Shown one piece after another: positions 57,482 to 64,000 of a stretch of DNA of 64,000 nucleotides. The DNA lies in the sequence record ON528725; one strand, given 5' to 3'. Every line of letters starts with the position of its first letter. The first letter of the stretch is position 1. The translations under genes were made by a program, and so were the position numbers. The notes beneath the pieces are model-generated. The model was not told the DNA's origin, did not search any database, and saw nothing but the letters and a program-made list of their open reading frames with translations. Source of the stretch: Shigella phage ESh15.

Positions 57482-57871
57482 CTACTTTTTAAAAGTTTTT
57501 TGCAAAAGTTCGATGATTTCGTCGACGTTAGTTTCATCTACTACACAATGAATTTTTGTTACACCTAAAACTATGCCTTCGTTAACCGGTTGAGGCTTTT
57601 CTAAAGTTACCTCGTTGAAGTATTTGAATTCTTCAGGGTAAAGTTCAAAATATGTCTCTTCCGGACCACCAGCAGAACATTCTGTGCCATCTTCCATGGT
57701 TACACATACTACGTTTAGGCATCCATCATAATCATGTTCCATTCCATTTACAACAAAACTTGGACCATGCTTCTCAAGCAAATCTAGCATAAAGCCGTTA
57801 TTGTACGGGGCCTCTTCGATGAATTCATCTTTAAATAAAGGGTTAAAGATATAAGTTTTTCCGATTTCCAT
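57482..57871 (-). CDS. Hypothetical protein, paralogue A (position of T4 frd.2/frd.3)
   Basis: 129 aa; shares GKTYI.NP, LDL.E.HGPSFVV, YFELY..EFK.F.EV with the adjacent 120-aa ORF. Confidence 0.7.
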   Translation of the reverse strand: MEIGKTYIFNPLFKDEFIEEAPYNNGFMLDLLEKHGPSFVVNGMEHDYDGCLNVVCVTMEDGTECSAGGPEETYFELYPEEFKYFNEVTLEKPQPVNEGIVLGVTKIHCVVDETNVDEIIELLQKTFKK

Positions 57872-57900
57872 TTTGATTTCCTCGTTTGTTGATTAATAAA

Positions 57901-58263
57901 TTATTTTATTCCAAAAATTTCTTTAATTTCTGCAATCACATCTCGAGCATTTTCTACAGTAACTTCAAAGATGAGTGACTGTTTAGAAATAGACTCTGGA
58001 GATACCTCGATGAAGTGTTTGAACTCATCATCGTAAAGCTCAAAATATGAACCTGGAGGACCATCAAAACCAAATTCAGTACCGTCTTGCATAGTTACGC
58101 TGGTTACGCATTTATCATCATCGTACTCAGTGTTCATGTCCTTTACAACAAAACTAGGACCATGGAGCTCAATCAAATCCAACATATCAGCATTTTGTGG
58201 GCATTCATTGGCAAATGCAGCTTTACATTCTGGATTGATGATGTACGTTTTTCCAATTTTCAT
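57901..58263 (-). CDS. Hypothetical protein, paralogue B (tandem duplicate of 57482-57871)
   Basis: 120 aa; colinear similarity to the neighbouring ORF; own early-type promoter and RBS. Confidence 0.7.
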   Translation of the reverse strand: MKIGKTYIINPECKAAFANECPQNADMLDLIELHGPSFVVKDMNTEYDDDKCVTSVTMQDGTEFGFDGPPGSYFELYDDEFKHFIEVSPESISKQSLIFEVTVENARDVIAEIKEIFGIK

Positions 58264-58293
58264 TTCGATTTCCTCATTTGTTTTGATAGGTCT

Positions 58294-58322
58294 ATAGTAT
58301 CATATCTCAAGGAGAAGTAAAC
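58294..58322 (-). promoter_or_regulatory. Early-type promoter GTTTAC-N17-TACTAT
   Basis: Minus-strand GTTTACttctccttgagatatgaTACTATagacc. Confidence 0.5.
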
Positions 58323-58344
58323 AACTTTTTCGGTAATTTACAGA

Positions 58345-58371
58345 TACTCAAAAGGGAGACCGAAGTCTCCC
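58345..58371 (-). terminator. Rho-independent terminator after gene 32 (minus strand)
   Basis: Minus-strand GGGAGAC-TTCG-GTCTCCC followed by TTTTGAG; third copy of the same hairpin. Confidence 0.8.
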
Positions 58372-58377
58372 GATTTA

Positions 58378-59280
58378 TTATAGACCGGCTAACAGGTCAT
58401 CGAGGTCACCATCATCAGAGGATGAGGTAGAGCTCATGAAGTCATCTTCAGTTTTTGCAGAGCTAAAGGCTTCCATGTCTTTATCAAAATCGTCAAGGTC
58501 AGAAGCAACTTTATCTGCAACAGAAGCTGCTGCGGCTGCTGCACCACCAAGAGCGGCAGTACCAAGAACCTTAGCGAAAGATTCATTTAATTTTTCAAAG
58601 GATTTGAACTGGTCTTTAGCCGTCAAAGTAGTAAGGTCTACCATCTGGTCATATAGTTCTTTCTGGAATGCTTCGTCATTAATACGAGGAATTTCAGATT
58701 GACCCAAGAATTTAGATTCGTCATAGTTGCTAAAACCGGAAACCTGCTTAGCTTTCAGAACGAAGTTAGCACCTTCAAACGGACAAGTAACATCAACTGG
58801 AGTTTCACCCATTTCGGTATCAACTGCAATCATTGCATTGATTTTGTCCCAAATCTTTTTACCGAAACGATATTTAAATACTTTACCTTCGTTATCTGGA
58901 GCTTGAGGGTCTTTAACAACCAGAATATTAGCCCAATAAGAAGTTTTACGTTTCAGTTGAGAATATTCAGTTTTGTTTGTATTGTACAGGTCATTTTTAC
59001 TAATGTACTGACATACAGGACAAGAGTCGTAATCACCATGTGTAGAAGAGCAATTTTCAATATACCATTTACCATTTTTCTTGAAACCGTGGTTAACAAG
59101 AATTGCAAATGGTAGTGCATCATCAGTTTTTGCTGGCAAGAAACGAATTACCGCTTGACCATTACCTGATGCATCTAGCTTCAGCTTCCATTCGCCTTTA
59201 TCTTCTGAAGAGAAACCTTTGTTACCGTTCAGTTTAGCCATTTGAGCAGCGAGGTCAGCAGTAGATTTACGTTTAAACAT
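58378..59280 (-). CDS. 32: gp32 single-stranded DNA-binding protein
   Basis: 300 aa vs T4 301 aa; near-identical to recalled T4 gp32; acidic C-terminal tail. Confidence 0.97.
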   Translation of the reverse strand: MFKRKSTADLAAQMAKLNGNKGFSSEDKGEWKLKLDASGNGQAVIRFLPAKTDDALPFAILVNHGFKKNGKWYIENCSSTHGDYDSCPVCQYISKNDLYNTNKTEYSQLKRKTSYWANILVVKDPQAPDNEGKVFKYRFGKKIWDKINAMIAVDTEMGETPVDVTCPFEGANFVLKAKQVSGFSNYDESKFLGQSEIPRINDEAFQKELYDQMVDLTTLTAKDQFKSFEKLNESFAKVLGTAALGGAAAAAASVADKVASDLDDFDKDMEAFSSAKTEDDFMSSTSSSDDGDLDDLLAGL

Positions 59281-59396
59281 TATATTTACCTTTATTTAGA
59301 TTATTTAATTTATTTACAGTTGGTTGCTACGACACTTATACCTCGTAGCTGGTATGATTTATTTATAAAGTAATTTTAACACACAAGAAATAAAGC
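59281..59396 (-). promoter_or_regulatory. Gene 32 leader: candidate translational operator (A/U-rich with hairpin) plus TATAAATA and a MotA-like box
   Basis: Minus-strand leader holds a hairpin (CTACGA...TCGTAG), the A/U-rich run taaataaattaaataatctaaataaagg before the ATG, TATAAATA at 59360-59367 and aGCTTTA-N12-TAAAAT. Confidence 0.5.
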
Positions 59397-60050
59397 TTAA
59401 TACTTACATGATTTGATTGTTTCTATGAACAATTTCTTAGCAGCATTTCCATCGATTTGAAGTATTTTTCGATATGCCTTTAATTTGGTAGAATAATTTT
59501 GCCAGACTAAATTGTCAGTAAGTTCGTCATGCTTATCTATAATATTCAAGAATGAATCCAACAACAAGAAGGTTTCAAATGAAATTATATTGCTTTGTAG
59601 CAATTTAAATATGTAGCTCGACTGAACTTTATTATTATAATCAAATATCTCTTGAAGCGCACTAACTTCCACTTTCTTACTAAAATAGTAGATGTTACGT
59701 ACATCTTCAGCAAACGTCTCCTTGGCTTGTTTGAGACGTCCAATATATTCCCTATAGAAAACTAATGCATCAGCGTCTGATATCTCACCAATCCATGCAT
59801 CTTGGTTAGCAACTAAGTTGCTTATGAATATTAAGGTGAGTTCCTTTAACTTATATTTCTCTGCTAGTTTCTCAAAGAAATATTTATCTCGGCGTTTTTG
59901 ATACGCATTATCCGAAACACGCATGCACCAGTTATATTTGATTACGTCATACCGACCATTAAAATGTTGTTTGCACATCAAGTATAGTTTGTATACCGAT
60001 TTTCCGTTAATATAACGTTCTCCATCAGGAGGCATGCGTATTTTAATCAT
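59397..60050 (-). CDS. 59: gp59 helicase loader
   Basis: 217 aa as in T4; near-identical to recalled T4 gp59. Confidence 0.95.
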   Translation of the reverse strand: MIKIRMPPDGERYINGKSVYKLYLMCKQHFNGRYDVIKYNWCMRVSDNAYQKRRDKYFFEKLAEKYKLKELTLIFISNLVANQDAWIGEISDADALVFYREYIGRLKQAKETFAEDVRNIYYFSKKVEVSALQEIFDYNNKVQSSYIFKLLQSNIISFETFLLLDSFLNIIDKHDELTDNLVWQNYSTKLKAYRKILQIDGNAAKKLFIETIKSCKY

Positions 60051-60385
60051 AATAAGAAATCTAACGTATTAGTTTTTTCACCACGAGCAACTGATGGGCG
60101 AAGCATGTTTTCGTCAATTGCTTCACTTGTAATTTTTTCAACAATTCCTGTAGGAATAAATTTAGCGAATTGTGTTTCTGGAATAGAATTTTCTTCCAAG
60201 AAAGCAGTTGTTGCTTCTAAATAAGACATACCAAATTGTTCAACCATGGATTCGATAATGAACCCGTTTTCTTGACGGTCAAGCAATTTAGCGATATCAT
60301 CTTTATCATGTTTTACTGCTAATTCTTGTTCAGATAAACCGGCCTCATCAACCGGTTTAATATCACTTAGTGAAAACTGTGTCAT
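60047..60385 (-). CDS. 33: gp33 late-transcription co-activator
   Basis: 112 aa as in T4; near-identical to recalled T4 gp33. Confidence 0.95.
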   Translation of the reverse strand: MTQFSLSDIKPVDEAGLSEQELAVKHDKDDIAKLLDRQENGFIIESMVEQFGMSYLEATTAFLEENSIPETQFAKFIPTGIVEKITSEAIDENMLRPSVARGEKTNTLDFLL

Positions 60386-60632
60386 AAAGCTCGACTACCT
60401 CTTCGTTTTCAGCTTCAAATTGGTCACGAGCATCTTTATGATAAAGAGCTAACAAACGATTAAACATTTTTCCATCAACGCCAAGCTCTTCTTTAGCACG
60501 AGTACGAATGTCTTTAATCAGTTCATTATAACCAGAAATTTTAAGTTTGTTATCGGAAGCTTCCTTGACTAGTTTAGCCAGTTCTTCACCATGCACATCT
60601 TGATTAAATTCAACTGCTTCTTTCTTAGCCAT
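60363..60632 (-). CDS. dsbA: DsbA double-stranded DNA-binding protein
   Basis: Start reassigned to MAKKEAVEF... (89 aa as in T4); near-identical to recalled T4 DsbA. Confidence 0.88.
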   Translation of the reverse strand: MAKKEAVEFNQDVHGEELAKLVKEASDNKLKISGYNELIKDIRTRAKEELGVDGKMFNRLLALYHKDARDQFEAENEEVVELYDTVFTK

Positions 60633-60639
60633 GTTTACC

Positions 60640-61557
60640 TCAGAATTCATTAATTACACTTGTTAATTTAGAAAGACCAGATTTTACAAAGTATGAATAA
60701 ATCTTGCCTTTAGGTTGTTGTTTATATGAGTTATAATACTCTATAATGGTTGAAGCAATATTATCAGGGATATAATCAAAATCAATGAGAACCAAATTTT
60801 CTTGGTACCGTTTATATTCTTCTGCACTTAATAATACTTTAGCTTGAGAACGGTCATTAGCAATTGCTTCAATAATCGTTGTTTTCATGCTCGGAGTTCG
60901 TTCACCTTCAACTCGAGTAAACCAGAAATCACCACGAACTCGAACAGACGCAACACCATCCTTACGGTCGCCTTTAAGAATTTTAGTCATGCAATCAATT
61001 TCAGCAGAACCGTTCTTAATTTTAACCCATTTTTTCTGTGGTGGCGACCACTGTTTAACGTTAGGATATTTGTGTAATTGTGTAAAGTCACCATCTGATG
61101 CAACAATACATACCTTATGACCAGCTAATGACAAATATTTAGTTAATACACCAATATGGTCATCCGCTTCATACTTGTCAATATCCATTACAACGTATGG
61201 CATGTATTTCTTAATCTCATCAACAACTTGATGGAGTGCAGTAAAATATCCTTCCCAATCCCACTTTGAAGCTTCACGATCGGTTTTACGATTTTTCTTA
61301 TAATAGTAAGCAAAGTCACGTCGCCAATAACCTGAAGTAGCATTATCCATACACAATACAAATTTTGTATAGCCTTGCTTACGGAACATCACTACGTTTT
61401 TACGAATTGAATTCAAGATTACATGCCGAACCATTGGAACAGTAATTTTATCGCCGTCTTCAAAGTTGTTTAATGCGGCGGCCAATGCAATGTTACTAAA
61501 GTCGGCAAGTGCAATACCTTCTTTGTAATCTTCATCCAACATCATTTCTAAATCCAT
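60640..61557 (-). CDS. rnh: RNase H (5'-3' exonuclease, FEN-1 family)
   Basis: 305 aa as in T4; near-identical to recalled T4 RNase H. Confidence 0.95.
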   Translation of the reverse strand: MDLEMMLDEDYKEGIALADFSNIALAAALNNFEDGDKITVPMVRHVILNSIRKNVVMFRKQGYTKFVLCMDNATSGYWRRDFAYYYKKNRKTDREASKWDWEGYFTALHQVVDEIKKYMPYVVMDIDKYEADDHIGVLTKYLSLAGHKVCIVASDGDFTQLHKYPNVKQWSPPQKKWVKIKNGSAEIDCMTKILKGDRKDGVASVRVRGDFWFTRVEGERTPSMKTTIIEAIANDRSQAKVLLSAEEYKRYQENLVLIDFDYIPDNIASTIIEYYNSYKQQPKGKIYSYFVKSGLSKLTSVINEF

Positions 61558-61589
61558 ATGAACCTCTTGTTCAGTTAGTCAACTTGACT

Positions 61590-61619
61590 ATAGTAACACA
61601 CTCATTTGAAAGCGTAAAC
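61590..61619 (-). promoter_or_regulatory. Early-type promoter GTTTAC-N18-TACTAT for rnh
   Basis: Minus-strand GTTTACgctttcaaatgagtgtgtTACTATagtc. Confidence 0.5.
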
Positions 61620-61622
61620 TGG

Positions 61623-61630
61623 TATAAATA
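61623..61630 (+). promoter_or_regulatory. Late promoter TATAAATA upstream of gene 34
   Basis: Exact TATAAATA 30 nt before the gene 34 start; lies back-to-back with the rnh early promoter. Confidence 0.7.
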
Positions 61631-61660
61631 AGTATTATTGAAACAATAAAGGAAAAACGA

Positions 61661-64000
61661 ATGGCCGACATCAAACGTAAGTTCAGAGCCGAAGACGGTC
61701 TGGACGCCGGTGGCGACAAGATTGTTAACGTAGCATTAGCCGACCGTACAGTAGGTACTGATGGCGTAAACGTTGACTTCCTTGTACAAGAAAACACCGT
61801 TCAAGTATATGATTCTACGCGTGGATATAACAAAGGATTTGTTGTTCTTTATGACAACCGTTTATATCAAGCAATAAATGATATCGTGTCTCCTTCCGGG
61901 GCATTTAACCTTTTACAATGGCGTGCAGTTCGTACTGATGCACAATGGATAACTGTAGCTTCTGGGGCTTATCAACTTTCTTCAGGTGAATCGATTTCGG
62001 TTAACACTGGTGCCGGCAATGATATGGTTTTCACGTTGCCAAATACTCCGGTTGATGGTGATACTGTTGTTTTGGCTGATATTGGTGGACGAACCGGGAC
62101 AGTTAAAGTACAGATTAACGCGTCTGTACAGAGTATTTTAAACTTTAGAGGTGAACAAGTTCGTACAGTTTTAATGACGCGCCCACGTTCACAACTATTG
62201 TTTGTGTTTAGTAATCGTTTGTGGCAGATGTATATTACCGATTATGGTAAAGAATCAATCACTGTTACACCTGCGACACCATATCAAGCACAAGCAAATG
62301 ATTTTATCGTTCGTCGTTTTACTAGTGCAGCACCAATCAACATTACACTTCCACGTAATGCTAACAATGGTGATATAATCAGCCTAGTCGATTTAGATAG
62401 ATTAAACCCACTGTATCATACATTTGTTAAAACATTTGATGATACAACGTCTATTGGTGAAGTCGGGACTCATATTGCCGAAGGCAGAAATGACTCTGAC
62501 GCGTTTTTTGTTTTTGATGCTGCAAATAGTTTATGGCGTATATGGGAAGGAGACCAGAAATCGCGTCTTCGTATTATCCGTGCGGATTCAAATATTCGAC
62601 CAAATGAAGAAGTTCTTATTTTTGGCACAAATAACGCTACACACGGAACTATTAATCTTACGCTGCCTTCCGGAATTTTGAGCGGTGACACTGTTAAAAT
62701 TTCAATGAACTACATGCGTAAAGGCCAAACGGTAAAAATTAAAGCTGCCGAAGGTGATACAATTGCTTCTTCTGTCGCATTACTTCAGTTCCCTAAACGT
62801 TCTGAATATCCACCTGATGCTCAATGGGTCTCTGTTACTGAACTAGAATTCAATGGTACTACTTCATATGTTCCTGTATTAGAATTAGCGTATATCGAAG
62901 ACACCGTTGCTGGTACACGCTATTGGGTTGTTCAACAAAACGTCCCAACTGTAGAACGTGTCGATGCTGGAACTGATACAACTAGAGCTCGTGTAGGTGT
63001 TATTGCTCTTGCAACTCAGGCACAGGCAAATGTTGATTTTGAAAATTCTCCGGCTAAAGAAGTTGCTATTACTCCGGAAACATTGGCAAATCGTACAGCA
63101 ACTGAAGCTAGACGTGGTATCGCTAAAATTGCTACAACAGCACAAGTTAACCAGAATTCCACAGCATCATTTGTGGACGATACTATTGTTACGCCTAAAA
63201 AACTAAATGAGCGTACAGCAACTGAAACTCGTCGTGGTCTTGCTGAAATTGCTACTCAGGTTGAAACCGATGCTGGTCTTGATGACACAACGATTATTAC
63301 ACCTAAGAAATTACAGGCACGTCAGGGTTCTGAAACACTATCTGGTATAGTTAAATATGTATCAACTACTTCTGCTACTCCTGCTGAAACTCGTGGGGCC
63401 GCAGGCACTAATGTTTATAATAAAACCGTAAATAATTTAACTATTTCTCCTAAAGCCCTTGACCAATATAAAGCAACTTATGCTCAACAAGGTGCAGTAA
63501 TTTTAGCTGTTGATAGTGAAGTAATTGCTGGTCAATCTCAAGCAGGTTATTCTCATGCTGTAGTAACTCCTGAAACACTACATAAGAAAACTTCTACTGA
63601 TGGACGTATTGGTTTAATTGAAATTGCTACGCAAGCAGAAACTAATGCTGGGACTGATTATACACGTGCAGTAACGCCTAAGACGTTAAATGATAGGAAA
63701 GCTACGGAAGGATTATCCGGCATAGCCGAAATTGCTACGCAAGTTGAATTTGATACTGGAACTGATGATACTCGTATCTCGACTCCACTGAAAATTAAAA
63801 CTCATTTTGATTCTTCTGACCGTACCAGTGTTAATTCTGATTCCGGACTTATTGAAGAAGGAACCTTGTGGAACCATTATACTCTTGATATTTCTAAAGC
63901 AAATGAAACACAACGTGGTACACTTCGCGTAGCGACCCAGGCAGAATCTAATGCAGGAACTTTAGATGATGTTCTTATTACTCCTAAAAAGCTTTTAGGG
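61661..64000 (+). CDS. 34: gp34 long tail fibre proximal subunit, 3'-partial (runs off the window)
   Basis: Open frame to window end (780 codons); N-terminus MADIKRKFRAEDGLDAGGDKIVNVALADRTVGTDGVN matches recalled T4 gp34. Confidence 0.95.
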   Translation, partial: MADIKRKFRAEDGLDAGGDKIVNVALADRTVGTDGVNVDFLVQENTVQVYDSTRGYNKGFVVLYDNRLYQAINDIVSPSGAFNLLQWRAVRTDAQWITVASGAYQLSSGESISVNTGAGNDMVFTLPNTPVDGDTVVLADIGGRTGTVKVQINASVQSILNFRGEQVRTVLMTRPRSQLLFVFSNRLWQMYITDYGKESITVTPATPYQAQANDFIVRRFTSAAPINITLPRNANNGDIISLVDLDRLNPLYHTFVKTFDDTTSIGEVGTHIAEGRNDSDAFFVFDAANSLWRIWEGDQKSRLRIIRADSNIRPNEEVLIFGTNNATHGTINLTLPSGILSGDTVKISMNYMRKGQTVKIKAAEGDTIASSVALLQFPKRSEYPPDAQWVSVTELEFNGTTSYVPVLELAYIEDTVAGTRYWVVQQNVPTVERVDAGTDTTRARVGVIALATQAQANVDFENSPAKEVAITPETLANRTATEARRGIAKIATTAQVNQNSTASFVDDTIVTPKKLNERTATETRRGLAEIATQVETDAGLDDTTIITPKKLQARQGSETLSGIVKYVSTTSATPAETRGAAGTNVYNKTVNNLTISPKALDQYKATYAQQGAVILAVDSEVIAGQSQAGYSHAVVTPETLHKKTSTDGRIGLIEIATQAETNAGTDYTRAVTPKTLNDRKATEGLSGIAEIATQVEFDTGTDDTRISTPLKIKTHFDSSDRTSVNSDSGLIEEGTLWNHYTLDISKANETQRGTLRVATQAESNAGTLDDVLITPKKLLG

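Noticed and set aside
58436-59115. Plus-strand ORFs of 88 and 138 aa inside gene 32
   Set aside because: Antisense to the highly conserved gp32 coding sequence; no promoter or RBS; judged non-coding.

Overview
This window is a contiguous segment of a T4-like (T-even, Tequatrovirus-like) myovirus genome. Protein sequences are near-identical to phage T4 across the structural block, and gene order is syntenic with T4 from gene 8 to gene 34. The plus strand carries the late morphogenesis genes (8-12, wac, 13-24, 51, 27-29, 48, 54, start of 34). The minus strand carries early/middle genes (rnlB, hoc, inh, uvsY, 25, 26, alt, DNA ligase 30 and the 30.x cluster, rIII, 31, cd, pseT, spanins, alc, rnlA, denA, nrdB, nrdA, td, frd, 32, 59, 33, dsbA, rnh). 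All identifications rest on recalled T4 protein sequences and synteny; no database search was run. Three promoter classes are readable: late TATAAATA boxes, a recurring early motif GTTTAC-N17/18-TAyTAT, and MotA-box middle promoters. There are many UUCG/GNRA-loop hairpin terminators, and no tRNA, rRNA, CRISPR array or transposon. The most unusual content is accessory: a complete class-I DAHP synthase (aromatic amino-acid biosynthesis) next to cd, a small antisense early ORF between genes 23 and 24 where T4 carries segD, a NADAR/YbiA-like and a HAD-like protein next to Alt and DNA ligase, and tandem small paralogues with duplicated promoter-leader modules. td and nrdB are uninterrupted, and no homing-endonuclease-sized ORFs sit at the T4 segD/segE positions.
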